This document shows positions 21,131 to 31,816 of a stretch of 64,000 nucleotides of DNA, piece after piece (position 1 is the stretch's first letter; the number at the start of each line of letters is the position of its first letter). The notes beneath the pieces were generated by a model that was given only the letters and a program-made list of their open reading frames with translations, searched no databases and had not been told where the DNA came from. Source of the stretch: Clostridia bacterium (lineage in GTDB: Bacteria; Bacillota; Clostridia; Christensenellales; CAG-917); contig JAVVSR010000002.1 of the NCBI GenBank assembly GCA_036654095.1, positions 65,375 through 129,374 on the forward strand. The letters run 5' to 3'. Both the position numbers and the translations under genes were made by a program.

Positions 21131-22336
21131 TTACTCATTAAATGGATAATGCTTATATAACGATACAAAAATTTTTCTTAGCAATGGTTTTATTTCAATG
21201 CCTTTCTTTAACGCCGTATCTAAATTTTTAAATGTTTCAGCCTTTGCTTTCGCTGTTTGCATAATTAAATTAAAGAAATCATCAATAGTATAAATTGCGT
21301 ATCTCTCTAACCCTAAAGCCAACGCGAACTCTTCCAAAAAAGCTACAAAGGCTTTACAATCGCTTGTATCCTTATCAAGCGCAAGCTCAAGTTTAACCGT
21401 ATCGCAAATGTCCTCTATATTTGAGTGTAGGTATTTATGAATTTTTAGTCCCAAGTCGTCCATAATAGGCGGAAAACTTTCTTCATTAATATTCAACATA
21501 AAACGATAGAAGTCATCGTGCGAAGGACAAATCACGCAGTATTTAAAACTAGGCATATCCAACAATAGACGTTTGGTATCATAGTAGCCCATTTTCATAT
21601 AGTTTTTAACATTATCTTGAGTAAATTCCAGCGCGTAAGCCATTTTTTCACTAGGGATAACATATCTCATATTTACCCCGTCTTTGACTTCTATTTTTCG
21701 ACGAGGCTTTCTTGAGCTTGTGCGTATAATGATAATATCGTCATAGCCTTTGGCCACAAGTAATTTGACAGGCATATTGTCATAAACGCCACCGTCAATA
21801 AAACGTTTACCATCGTTTCCCGAAATTTGTTGCCACCTAAATAATGGATAACTGGCGCTTGCTATTACATAATCACAAAGCTGTCCAACGGGGATATCTT
21901 CTTTCATTAAATAATGCACATTAAAATCAGGAACGCTGAAAGTAACCAATCCAAAGTCTTTATTGCTTCGCCTCACGGCCGATTCATCAATATAACTTGC
22001 CAAAAATTTATGAAGCTGTTCGGTGCTTCGGTCAATAAGCCCACCCAAATTTTTTAGCGTTTTACCTAGACCCATAAGTATATTTTTATCGATTTCTCGA
22101 TTAAGAATACGAATCATATTTTCGTCATCAAAAGCAAGAACGGTAGTCATAGTAATATTATCCCACATTTCAATCGTTTTTTGCCAATCGCCCTGCGCAA
22201 GCATCGCTGCGTTTACAGCGCCGATTGAAGTACCGACATATCCGTCAAATTCATAACCGTGTTCAAACAATGCCGTAAGCGCGCCAATATGAAATGCGCC
22301 TTTCACGCCACCGCCCTCTAAAACTAATCCACGCAT
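21131..22336 (-). CDS. patatin-like phospholipase family protein
   Basis: 401 aa with the GGGVKG oxyanion motif, the GTSIG nucleophile elbow and a DGG motif. Confidence 0.85.
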   Translation of the reverse strand: MRGLVLEGGGVKGAFHIGALTALFEHGYEFDGYVGTSIGAVNAAMLAQGDWQKTIEMWDNITMTTVLAFDDENMIRILNREIDKNILMGLGKTLKNLGGLIDRSTEQLHKFLASYIDESAVRRSNKDFGLVTFSVPDFNVHYLMKEDIPVGQLCDYVIASASYPLFRWQQISGNDGKRFIDGGVYDNMPVKLLVAKGYDDIIIIRTSSRKPRRKIEVKDGVNMRYVIPSEKMAYALEFTQDNVKNYMKMGYYDTKRLLLDMPSFKYCVICPSHDDFYRFMLNINEESFPPIMDDLGLKIHKYLHSNIEDICDTVKLELALDKDTSDCKAFVAFLEEFALALGLERYAIYTIDDFFNLIMQTAKAKAETFKNLDTALKKGIEIKPLLRKIFVSLYKHYPFNE

Positions 22337-22583
22337 ATTTTCTCCTCGACTATTATGTATATTATAGCGTTATTTAACACTAATTGTCAAGGTAGAACAA
22401 AAGAAAAGCAATCGGCGCAATAAGCTGACTTATGTTTTGTTTAATATAAGCGATATACCGATGTTAAACTGACAATTAAAAATTAATTTAATAAATAAAT
22501 TTTGTTAAATTAAAAATATGGAACAATTTAAAATGTAACACTATTTAAAGCAAGCCAACCATTTAAAACTGTGTATACAATTT

Positions 22584-22616
22584 AAAAGCAAGCCAATCAA
22601 ATGGCTTGCTTTTTTA
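22584..22616. terminator. bidirectional rho-independent terminator
   Basis: AGCAAGCCA-ATCAAA-TGGCTTGCT flanked by AAAA and TTTTT. Confidence 0.65.
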
Positions 22617-22746
22617 ATTTAGTTCACATACAACTATTTTTATATCAATTTGGTTTTAAATTTGTTTTTGCAATTAACGTTAAACTATCTTCAAACAAAA
22701 ATTACATATTTATTTGGTTTTTATTTAAAATACAATTTGCATTAAA

Positions 22747-25296
22747 CTAATTTGCCTCTCCGCGCAACCTAGCGCACGTTTTTTCATCTAACGTATAGGT
22801 CGATGTAGGAGTCAACTTTGAATTGTTTTTGTAGGTATATGCTTGGCAAGCAGGGAAGTCGCCTTGCCCAATTAAATCAGCAATGCCTATTTCAACCATA
22901 ACAAAACCATTGCCTTCAATGTTCCCGCTGACAATCGTATTTGAAGGATATAGCGCGCCTGCCAACATAATGCCTAAGCTAAAGTATTCAAGCCCGCCAA
23001 CAGTCATTGTATATTCATCGTATTTAGGTTTTTGCATTTCCTTTGTAACCGCGCCTTTAATTGCATTGTCCAAAACGGGATTTCCAGTAATAGTTCCAAT
23101 CAAGTCAAGGTCAACTAGATATTGCCAATTATAGATTTCCATAAATCCCTCGACTTTCAAATAAGAAAATCCGTCTAACCCCGCGTCAGAGGAATTGAAC
23201 CCCAAACAAGTGACCAAACTCTTAGCAAATATACAGTTTTTTATTGTAACACTTGAGTTAGAAGAATATTGATAAGGTTGGCCTATTGGCTCGCCTTTTT
23301 CATTACAGTCTTGATAATCTCTTCGTGAAATATCTACATAAAGGTTGTAGTTTGATGTATTTCTCATAACGCAGCCCTCAAACGAAACTTCTCCGCCATA
23401 GGATACAAAAGCCCACTTTGCATATTCAAGCAAACAATATTCAACTTTAATATTTTTAAATATATCGCACCGTTGGCCGTCATTAGGGAAAATCTCAACG
23501 CAATTACCGTGATAAGTTGCTTTAGATATGACAAGATTGTCATCATCTGGCGGTTGAGCCGCGCGCACTGTCAAATTGCGCAACTTAACATTGCTGTCAC
23601 GAATACTAATTATATATCCGCCCAAATTATCTTCTGGGTCAATGTTTGTATAGTCAATCATACGGCCATTTCCAAACAAATTTGTATATAAATTAATAAA
23701 AATACCTCTCCCTTCCTCGTTATAAAAATGAATGTCCTTTTGAACAAATATATCTATTTTACGAGTATTGGCCGCATTTACAATTTCAAATTTGTCAAAA
23801 ACATTTATGCCTTGCGCCACCTTAAAGTTATAAACCGCAGACACCGTATCTGCGCTATACGCTGTATTTTTTGATTTTACGGTAATTGAAACATTTTGAA
23901 TACCTGAAATAATTGGCGCAAAAGTTATAATACCATTTTCATCAATCGAAGTGATATCGCTGCGATTACTTTCCCAAATAAAATCTAATGGCGATTGTCC
24001 AACGGGCTTTTTAACTTCCATTTTACGTGTAAACACGATTTCGCCTTGTTTGTTGTAGTACATATTGCCATAAATACACTCGCGCGCAATTCCCCTTTTT
24101 TCGTCCGCGCCCGAATCGGATAAAACGATATAAGTCACAGGTGTAACCACTTTAAACGCGATATTAATACTTTTCCCACCGACGGTTGCCGTAAACACAA
24201 CATCTCCGTCCTCTTTTGCGTTTATTAACCCGCTAGAATTTATTTCTGCAATGTTAGTATTGCTTGATGAATAAACAACGTTATTTATTTCACCTTTTCC
24301 TGTGGCACGATACGCGCAGTTAAGAGAAGTTGGAAGCCTATTAATTTTAATATTTTTTTCCATTAATTCGGCATTTTCAAAAATCAAGTCATCGCTTTCG
24401 CACCGACCAACAACTATTTCCGTATTCCCCCGCTTAACGATAACGGCTTTCGCGCTATTAAAATTAAGAACATTTCCAACAATCACCGCGTCTGAATCGC
24501 TAATTATCGAGCAGTTAGTTCCATTGGCAAACTCGGATAAATTGACACTGCTTGATGTTGTATAATAACTGTCAAATTTAAAATTACCCTCGCTTGACGT
24601 AACTTTGATTTTTGAAGTAATTTCTTTAGCTACCTCGACAACTTTAACTTCGCCTTTTTCGTTTATAATGCAGCTATCTGGTGACTTAATTTTAACAGTT
24701 ATTACTACTTGACCAGCCTTTTTTGCCGTTAAAATGCCATTGTTGTCAACCGAAACAATGCTCGGGTCGTCACTTTCCCACATTGAATAAAGTATCGGCG
24801 CGTCAGTTGGACGAGCCTTTACGCCTAAAGCAAGTTTCTTATCTGTTGTCATTTCACAAGACTCTGCGTTTTCACCATTTATAACTATAAACGCATTTTC
24901 GGCAATCTCGCCTTTTACAATGTACATACATTTATCGGTATGACCGCCGTCGTCTGTCGTGGCTACTACATAAAAAATACCATATGAGTATATTTTAACA
25001 TTGCCTTTGTCGTCAATGGTCGCGATTGCATCGCCAGTGTAATCGGGGTCAAATTTTGATACGTTTTCAATACTCCAATAAATTTTATCGTTTTTAGCTT
25101 TTTTGGGATAAACCTTAGCCGTTACTTGAATTTTGTGGTTTTTAATTCCCGAAACAGATACTTCCCTGTCGCCATTAATTTCGACGCCTATAACGCCTAT
25201 ATCAGGGCTTAGTGATATGACCTCAGTCGCAAGCATAACCGCGCCTACAATCATAAGGGGTATTAGCACTAAAAGCCCAATAAGAATTTTTTTCAT
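22747..25296 (-). CDS. large membrane-anchored/secreted protein: several Big_2-like Ig domains plus a C-terminal beta-helix-like region
   Basis: 849 aa with an N-terminal hydrophobic anchor. Repeated Big_2-type signatures (VSVDNNGILTAKKAGQVVITV, IAEINSSGLINAKEDGDVVFTA, ITSIDENGIITF). The C-terminal part has short repetitive beta-strand motifs (NVKLRNLTV, VTIKNCIF). Confidence 0.6.
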   Translation of the reverse strand: MKKILIGLLVLIPLMIVGAVMLATEVISLSPDIGVIGVEINGDREVSVSGIKNHKIQVTAKVYPKKAKNDKIYWSIENVSKFDPDYTGDAIATIDDKGNVKIYSYGIFYVVATTDDGGHTDKCMYIVKGEIAENAFIVINGENAESCEMTTDKKLALGVKARPTDAPILYSMWESDDPSIVSVDNNGILTAKKAGQVVITVKIKSPDSCIINEKGEVKVVEVAKEITSKIKVTSSEGNFKFDSYYTTSSSVNLSEFANGTNCSIISDSDAVIVGNVLNFNSAKAVIVKRGNTEIVVGRCESDDLIFENAELMEKNIKINRLPTSLNCAYRATGKGEINNVVYSSSNTNIAEINSSGLINAKEDGDVVFTATVGGKSINIAFKVVTPVTYIVLSDSGADEKRGIARECIYGNMYYNKQGEIVFTRKMEVKKPVGQSPLDFIWESNRSDITSIDENGIITFAPIISGIQNVSITVKSKNTAYSADTVSAVYNFKVAQGINVFDKFEIVNAANTRKIDIFVQKDIHFYNEEGRGIFINLYTNLFGNGRMIDYTNIDPEDNLGGYIISIRDSNVKLRNLTVRAAQPPDDDNLVISKATYHGNCVEIFPNDGQRCDIFKNIKVEYCLLEYAKWAFVSYGGEVSFEGCVMRNTSNYNLYVDISRRDYQDCNEKGEPIGQPYQYSSNSSVTIKNCIFAKSLVTCLGFNSSDAGLDGFSYLKVEGFMEIYNWQYLVDLDLIGTITGNPVLDNAIKGAVTKEMQKPKYDEYTMTVGGLEYFSLGIMLAGALYPSNTIVSGNIEGNGFVMVEIGIADLIGQGDFPACQAYTYKNNSKLTPTSTYTLDEKTCARLRGEAN

Positions 25297-25350
25297 TTTT
25301 ACCTCACCTAATAAATCAATCGGGTAGATAGCTCCCGAAATAGAAAGTGC

Positions 25351-27018
25351 TTATGCTTGCACGAGTTTTGTGTAGCGCTTGTTGACATTTACAAACAAAG
25401 TAGTTACGCTAATGGCCGCCGTAACAGCAGTTATTATGATAAGCAACCAATAAATTGATATTAAACCATTTTTAATAGCAATGCCGAACATACTTGGCAA
25501 ATAGCTTAAAATCATAGTACTGAAGCCATATATAATAGCAAGCAATAACCCAACCACCAAAGCAATCGCAACGTTTTTATTTGCCGATACAATTTCGCCT
25601 TCGCCCGAAACGTTAAATGACGGCGATATTGTATCAACGTAAATGCAAATGCTCGTCAGTGTTATAACTACAAGTTCGGCAATAAAGAAAATAAATACCG
25701 AATCTTTAAAGCTAATAAACTTTGCAAATAAAATTGACAAACAACACAAAATAACCGAAATCGTTGCAACAGCCGAGTACAAAATAAACTTCACCAAAAT
25801 TTGCTGGTTGTATGATACTGGTATAATTTTTGTATGATAAAAGCAGCTACCCTCGCGACTAATTGCGGTTGACGAAAACGATATAATGATTGCCACAAAT
25901 ATTGTAACAACTAAAAGGGAAATACCGGGTAGTATGCCCGTTCCAACGCTTTCAACGCCTATTTTCGCTGCAAGTTTGTTGCACATAAAAACCATAATTG
26001 GAGCGGTCATTGCCATTGCTAAATACTGAAAGCTATAATTAAAGCTACGAATTATCAATAAGAACTCGCGTTTAAGCAAAGCAACAAAAACTGGTAATGG
26101 CTTATTTTTTATTTTTTTCGTAAATGAAGCGCGTTGATTTTCAATGCCATCAAGTATGGTTTTAAAATACCATTTCTTAACTACCCAAAACGATATCGCG
26201 CCTACGCCACTTGTAAGCAATATAACATACAACAGCGACAACAAAACTTTTTTCCCTCGCAGTAGGTTGCCATATTGATTAAATGGAAAACAGTATTTTG
26301 CAAAGTTATTAATATGTTCAATCATCTGTGGCGAAAATAGCGATAACTCTCGCGTTTGCATATAGTCCAAAACAGTATTTAAAATGAGCATATACAGCGT
26401 AAACGAAAATATTAAAACAGCAATGATAATTGCTAATACAATTCCAAATTTGTTTTTAATTAAGTTTACAAACAACATAACGGGAATTGCAATAATATTT
26501 GCAATAAAAAATGGCAATGTCGAGCTTATAATAGTTACAAACCCCGCCCAAAAGTAAAAGCCAACACCCAATTTCATAAGCACGCCATAACAAATGTAAA
26601 ACGGCAAAAGCATAGCCGACATAATTAAAAAGTTATTGGTCAAAACATATGCGGACTTTGCGGCAAATATTTGCGTACCATTTACAGGAAAGCGCATAAG
26701 CATTTCGTTATCTGTGCTGTAATAAAGAGCTTTAACTAAGGTTGCCGTACAAATAATTAGTTGCAAAATCATTGAGGCCATAGTGACAAGCACAATATAG
26801 CTGTCTCTAAGTTCAGGTCGCCCAGTAAACATTTTAGTTAAGTAATAAATACCTGCCACAATAATGCCATATATAGCGCCTGTAAAAATAACATTGGCAA
26901 TCCATTTTCCAATATTTTTTGCGCCTATTTTCGAGCCAAAACCGAAACGCGACCTAAGGTCAAGTTTTAGTAAAGCTTTTATAGTATACAAATTTTCATT
27001 TTTAATTTCATTCGACAT
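25351..27018 (-). CDS. polytopic ABC exporter permease (putative ABC_export-type)
   Basis: About 555 aa with at least 10 hydrophobic spans. Start set at ATG 27018 (AGGAGG 7 nt upstream), not the ORF-track 27105, which overlaps the ATPase gene. Confidence 0.7.
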   Translation of the reverse strand: MSNEIKNENLYTIKALLKLDLRSRFGFGSKIGAKNIGKWIANVIFTGAIYGIIVAGIYYLTKMFTGRPELRDSYIVLVTMASMILQLIICTATLVKALYYSTDNEMLMRFPVNGTQIFAAKSAYVLTNNFLIMSAMLLPFYICYGVLMKLGVGFYFWAGFVTIISSTLPFFIANIIAIPVMLFVNLIKNKFGIVLAIIIAVLIFSFTLYMLILNTVLDYMQTRELSLFSPQMIEHINNFAKYCFPFNQYGNLLRGKKVLLSLLYVILLTSGVGAISFWVVKKWYFKTILDGIENQRASFTKKIKNKPLPVFVALLKREFLLIIRSFNYSFQYLAMAMTAPIMVFMCNKLAAKIGVESVGTGILPGISLLVVTIFVAIIISFSSTAISREGSCFYHTKIIPVSYNQQILVKFILYSAVATISVILCCLSILFAKFISFKDSVFIFFIAELVVITLTSICIYVDTISPSFNVSGEGEIVSANKNVAIALVVGLLLAIIYGFSTMILSYLPSMFGIAIKNGLISIYWLLIIITAVTAAISVTTLFVNVNKRYTKLVQA

Positions 27019-27751
27019 TCCATTTCCTCCTTTCTTCCTCGGTGGAGGAGGCTTGGAAGAAAACTTTTTCCAAAGTTTCGCGATTAGCCGCGTCAGCAAG
27101 GTCAATTACATCAACCAACTCGCCCGCGTTAATGATAGCGACCCGATTGCAAACCTTTGACACCATATCCAAGTTGTGCGAACTAAAGAAAACGGTGTTT
27201 CCCTTGGCGCAATGCTCGCGCATATAAGTTAAGATTTCGGCCATAGATTGAGGGTCAAGCCCCATCATAGGCTCGTCAAGCACCCAAAGTTTTGGCTCGT
27301 AAATTAAGGCGGCAATAATACAAATTTTCTGTTTCATACCGTGGCTATACGATTTAATTTGGCGGTCAACTGCGCTTTCTAAACCAAATAAATTTAAAAA
27401 CTTATCAAGTCTTGCCACACGGTCAACTTGCGAAACTCTGTACAAATCGGCAACATAGTTTACATACTCTCGGCCAGTAAGCTTTTCGTATACGCTGTGA
27501 TTATCTGGAACATAACCCATATTAAGTTTTGCTTTTATTGATTCGGTAACTATATTATAACCGCAAATAGTAATTTCGCCGCTATCAAATGGCTGAATAC
27601 CTGTAAGGCACTTAATTGTAGTAGATTTACCCGCGCCGTTCTTCCCTAAAAATCCAAATATTTCCCCTTCTTTCAATTCCAAATTTAAACCCTTAACGGC
27701 ATATCTATCACTGTTAGCATATTTTTTATTTAAATCAACAATTTTTAACAT
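27008..27751 (-). CDS. ABC transporter ATP-binding protein
   Basis: Walker A GKNGAGKST, signature YSHGMKQK, Walker B LWVLDEP, H-loop SSHN. Confidence 0.93.
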   Translation of the reverse strand: MLKIVDLNKKYANSDRYAVKGLNLELKEGEIFGFLGKNGAGKSTTIKCLTGIQPFDSGEITICGYNIVTESIKAKLNMGYVPDNHSVYEKLTGREYVNYVADLYRVSQVDRVARLDKFLNLFGLESAVDRQIKSYSHGMKQKICIIAALIYEPKLWVLDEPMMGLDPQSMAEILTYMREHCAKGNTVFFSSHNLDMVSKVCNRVAIINAGELVDVIDLADAANRETLEKVFFQASSTEEERRKWNVE

Positions 27752-27839
27752 TTTTAACCTCTAATATAATATTTTTTATAAGCAAAAAAGCGTGCAATAG
27801 TTGCACAACCGAACTTGATGTTATATGTAAAATAAAATT

Positions 27840-28295
27840 TTAAGCTAATAAATTAAAAGATGGTTTTTTAATAATACCTTCACCAAAACTACAAAGTATG
27901 TTAAGACTGCTTTGCGAATTAACTTTGTCAAAACGTAGCCACAGAACTTTACGTTGTCTGTTGAAAATGCGCAAAACAATAGGACAAATCTCAGCAATTA
28001 TCAATACAAATATGCTAATTAGATGTTTTCGGATACTGAAAATATATGAATATGCAATAATTGAAACTGAATTAGACAATAATTCTGCAAAAATATCGAA
28101 AATTAAAAACTTTGAAAAACTAATTACCATAATTAAAATGGTTATGTAAATCATTTTTAAGCAATAATTTCCACTCAGTTTTTTCAAGACAAACATAAAA
28201 AAAGCGGTTGCAATACCAAATACTGCCCAATACAGAATTCCAATAATAATGTAAATTAAATTAATTAACCCGCAACCAAGCGAAACCAAATCCAC
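27840..28295 (-). CDS. hypothetical small membrane protein (about 4 TM)
   Basis: 151 aa and very hydrophobic. GTG start with AAGGTG 5 nt upstream. First gene of the ABC operon. No recognisable family. Confidence 0.45.
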   Translation of the reverse strand: MDLVSLGCGLINLIYIIIGILYWAVFGIATAFFMFVLKKLSGNYCLKMIYITILIMVISFSKFLIFDIFAELLSNSVSIIAYSYIFSIRKHLISIFVLIIAEICPIVLRIFNRQRKVLWLRFDKVNSQSSLNILCSFGEGIIKKPSFNLLA

Positions 28296-28329
28296 AATTC
28301 ACCTTAAACAATAATTATATGTTTTTTCT

Positions 28330-28359
28330 ATTTTAACATATATAAAAATGCGCTGTCAA
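28330..28359 (-). promoter_or_regulatory. candidate sigma-A promoter of the ABC operon
   Basis: Minus strand: TTGACA, 18 nt spacer, TAAAAT, about 35 nt upstream of the GTG at 28295. Confidence 0.4.
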
Positions 28360-28484
28360 ATAAAATACGTTATAAATCAATATATTGCCCTTTAACGGAT
28401 TTAATAACCACAATAAATATATATATTTTATATCATTTGTATAGTTATATGCCTATGTAAAATTCATACGCTTTGCGCGCGCAA

Positions 28485-28518
28485 CAAAAAACAAGCTTGT
28501 CATATCAACAAGCTTGCT
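28485..28518 (-). terminator. rho-independent terminator after lacZ
   Basis: Minus strand: GCAAGCTTGT-TGATATG-ACAAGCTTGT followed by TTTTTG. Confidence 0.65.
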
Positions 28519-28689
28519 TTAAAAATTAAATTTGGCATTTGTTTACTAAAATATTGTGATTGTCAAACTCCATTATATCAACTTCATTTTTTAATTATTT
28601 AACGAAGTTCGTTTAACAACATAAGCGCTTTGACTGTTTCAAAACACATTTTATTTTAGCGTTATAAAACTAAATTGTTGTTTTATAAT

Positions 28690-31600
28690 TTACTGTACTT
28701 TGCTTTTTTCAATAAACTTAAGGCTGACTTGCAAAGTATGCTTTTTGTATGGCATAAGTTTATACCTAGTCTTAGTGCGAGCAAACGCAGGAACATCTCC
28801 GCCAACACCACGCTGCCCACCATCAATATTTACAGTTAAAAACTCCGTATGGATAAGGTCATGTTTATGCACCGCTTTGTCCAAAGCTTCAATAGTAAAC
28901 GGATAAACGCTGGCCTCAAATGGATTGTTGATATAATCGACACGTAAGGTATCCTTTTCACCTTGAAGTTCCAACCAGCGCATTTCGGTATGATTGCTAC
29001 ATTCCTGAGGAGCAAGATACTCGTGACCAAACTCTTCGGGAGTGCCGTCATATACGGCCAAAACAGCGGCTGCCTTGCGGTCACAGTAATTTTCGAACGG
29101 ACCCTTGCCATAGAATTTCATTTTGTCATAACCCTTGTTAAGTTGCATGGTAAAACCATATCTAGGCAAGCCATAGAATTGACCTCTGGCAATCATTGCA
29201 AAGTCCATATTTCCGCAACCATCAAATTTATAAGTGGTTTTCAATTTAAGCATACGGAAAGCTGTTTTCCAATAAATTTCAACGCGCAAACAACCTGACA
29301 GTTCGCTGTAATAAATCTTTTTGGGACGAAGTTTTTGATTGGCTTTTTTATAGTAGAATTTACCCATAAAGAACCTCACAAATGCTGGCACTATTGGAAG
29401 CAAATCATTGTCGGTAATAGCGCGCCAAACATTTGGTTTAAGCGGGCTAGTCAAAAGTTCGCGACCCAGTCGGTTGATAGTTAAACCGCCCGACTTTTTA
29501 TCGATAGAAACCTCGGTATCTTCACAATAAACTTTAATTGCGTCATCGTTATTTTCATAAATAGGTTTAATCTTACTGCCCTGCGCTTTGCCTTTAATTT
29601 CATTAGTTAAGAACTGCTCGTGCGAAACGATATGGCCTGCTGGCGCATATAAAGTATCTTCTTTTAATGAAACCTCAACAAGAATGGAGTGTTCTGTTTT
29701 TTTGTTTTTAATAAACTTAGCAACATTTAAACGCCCTTTTTCATAAGGTTTAATTACTGGCATTTGAAGTTTGACTTCATCAACCATACAACCATCGTGT
29801 AGCACCTTTAGCGTCAAATCAAAGTTACTTGTATCTAGCGTACGATATCTGTTAATTATAACAAGCTCGTCGCCTTCTAACTCAAAATCAATTAGTTGAT
29901 AGCACTTTTTAACTTCATAAAGTGCTGGATTTGGCGAACGGTCAGCTTGAACAATACCATTAAATACAAAGTTTCCGTCATTAGGTTTGTCGCCCCAATC
30001 GCCACCCATAGTCCATTCGGTAACGCCGTCTTCATTGATACGTTTTATACTTTGGTCGGCAAAATCCCAAATAAAACCACCTGCCAATCTATCGTATGAT
30101 AAAAAGTCTTTCCAGTAGTCGGCAAAGTTTCCAAGGCTGTTATTCATACTGTGCGCATACTCACAAAGAATAAATGGTTTATCCTTATAGTCATTCGGCT
30201 TTAAGCGATAACCCATACCCGCGTTCCACAGCGCGCGACTATGAACGTGCGTTTTATTTTCGCCGATTTTTTTCATTGTTTGTTGCATTGTATACATTTC
30301 GCTCATCACGTCGCTGACGTGCAAAAAGCTGTCACATTCGTAATGCACTGGGCGCGTATTATCAATGGCTAAAGCAGCTTTTTTCATAGCCGCAAAAGTA
30401 TCACCGACACCCGCTTCGTTTCCAAGCGACCACATAATAATACACGTATGATTTTTATATGAATTAACCATATTTTCCATACGATAAATACACGGAGCTA
30501 GCCACTTAGGGTCACTAGCCGGAATCGTCTTCGCAAGGCCGTGAGTTTCAAGGTTGTTTTCGCACATAACCAACATACCATATTTATCGCAAAGTTCATA
30601 AAAATCACGGCTGTTTGGATAGTGACTTGTTCGAATTGCGGTTATGTTGTTTTGACGACAAAGTATAATGTCTTTTTCAATAAGTTCTCTTGGTACAGCG
30701 TGGCCATAATCGGGGTGAAATTCGTGACGATTGACTCCTCTAAACCTTATTGGTAAATTGTTTAAAAGAATAAACGGCCCCCTTCCTGTGGCCTCGTCGT
30801 AAGGCGCGATAGCTATTGACCTAAATCCAAACATTAGTTTACGACGGTCAAGCATTTCAGCATCTTCAAACAAAACGTAATCCAATTCATAAAGATACGG
30901 ATTGTCTATTTCCCAAAGAGTGACACCCAACAAATCTCGTGAAAACTCAACGTCGTAAACTTCGCCGTTTTCAATAGGAGGCACTGCCATAGTTTCAGTA
31001 AATACCTCGGTTCTGTCGGCATCTCGAAGTTTTATCATCAACCTACCGCCTTCAAAATCAGCTCGTTCGGCCTTAACTGTTACCTTAGCGTTAAATACCG
31101 CGCCTTCGCCTTTTGGCGTAAGCGAACAGTAATTATAAATATCAGCAATGCATTTTTCTGACCTGAACACTAAGTTGACATCGCGGAAAATACCTGCCAA
31201 CCTCCACATATCTTGGTCTTCTAAATAACTGCCGATACTAAATTGGTATACCGTAACTGCAAGCTTGTTTGTGCCTTCGACAACAAAATCAGTTATATCG
31301 TATTCGACTTGGTCAAAAGTATCTTCACTGAAACCAACAAATTGTCCGTTTAGATATACTTCGCCAGCGCTGTTGATACCGCCAAAGTTTATAAACACAT
31401 TTTCCTTGCTTGGTTTATATGTAAACTCGGTAACATAACAGCCAACAGGATTTATTTCAGGATGGATATATGGTATTAATTTTTTCTTTTTACTTTCAAC
31501 AGGATAAGGATAGTTCACATTAGTGTACTGTGGTTTTCCAAAACCTTGAATTTGCCAATCCGACGGTACTTTAATTTCGTCAAAATTTGAAATATCGTAA

Positions 31601-31776
31601 TCCAGTGAAAAATAATTTTCGGGGATATCGCCAACTTTTTCGCAAAATTTAAATTTCCAAATTCCGTTTAGACTTTTTATTTTTTTATAGCCATTAACAT
31701 CGTATGGAAAACCAGCGCCGTGTCGTTTTTCGGTATTTACATTAAAAATGCTAACATCATTATAATAGTTGTTCAT
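28690..31776 (-). CDS. lacZ: beta-galactosidase, glycoside hydrolase family 2
   Basis: About 1028 aa with GH2 sugar-binding, Ig-like and TIM-barrel domains (WSLGNEAG acid/base region, ILCEYAHSMNNS nucleophile region) and a C-terminal small-chain domain. ATG 31776 follows a GAGGTG RBS; the ORF track starts at 31797. Confidence 0.93.
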   Translation of the reverse strand: MNNYYNDVSIFNVNTEKRHGAGFPYDVNGYKKIKSLNGIWKFKFCEKVGDIPENYFSLDYDISNFDEIKVPSDWQIQGFGKPQYTNVNYPYPVESKKKKLIPYIHPEINPVGCYVTEFTYKPSKENVFINFGGINSAGEVYLNGQFVGFSEDTFDQVEYDITDFVVEGTNKLAVTVYQFSIGSYLEDQDMWRLAGIFRDVNLVFRSEKCIADIYNYCSLTPKGEGAVFNAKVTVKAERADFEGGRLMIKLRDADRTEVFTETMAVPPIENGEVYDVEFSRDLLGVTLWEIDNPYLYELDYVLFEDAEMLDRRKLMFGFRSIAIAPYDEATGRGPFILLNNLPIRFRGVNRHEFHPDYGHAVPRELIEKDIILCRQNNITAIRTSHYPNSRDFYELCDKYGMLVMCENNLETHGLAKTIPASDPKWLAPCIYRMENMVNSYKNHTCIIMWSLGNEAGVGDTFAAMKKAALAIDNTRPVHYECDSFLHVSDVMSEMYTMQQTMKKIGENKTHVHSRALWNAGMGYRLKPNDYKDKPFILCEYAHSMNNSLGNFADYWKDFLSYDRLAGGFIWDFADQSIKRINEDGVTEWTMGGDWGDKPNDGNFVFNGIVQADRSPNPALYEVKKCYQLIDFELEGDELVIINRYRTLDTSNFDLTLKVLHDGCMVDEVKLQMPVIKPYEKGRLNVAKFIKNKKTEHSILVEVSLKEDTLYAPAGHIVSHEQFLTNEIKGKAQGSKIKPIYENNDDAIKVYCEDTEVSIDKKSGGLTINRLGRELLTSPLKPNVWRAITDNDLLPIVPAFVRFFMGKFYYKKANQKLRPKKIYYSELSGCLRVEIYWKTAFRMLKLKTTYKFDGCGNMDFAMIARGQFYGLPRYGFTMQLNKGYDKMKFYGKGPFENYCDRKAAAVLAVYDGTPEEFGHEYLAPQECSNHTEMRWLELQGEKDTLRVDYINNPFEASVYPFTIEALDKAVHKHDLIHTEFLTVNIDGGQRGVGGDVPAFARTKTRYKLMPYKKHTLQVSLKFIEKSKVQ

Positions 31777-31816
31777 ATTCACCTCAATATGCCGCAAGGC
31801 AATGTTTTAGTATAAT

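Noticed and set aside
21131-22336. Patatin-like phospholipase as a possible CBASS or other defence effector.
   Set aside because: No cyclase, CD-NTase, E1/E2, or other defence partner lies adjacent. It sits alone between polA and an ABC operon with its own terminator context.
22546-22616. Duplicated AAAGCAAGCCAA segment next to the terminator at 22584..22616 as an alternative-pairing attenuator.
   Set aside because: There is only one extra 12-nt copy and no associated leader ORF or downstream regulated gene start close by. A local duplication is more likely.
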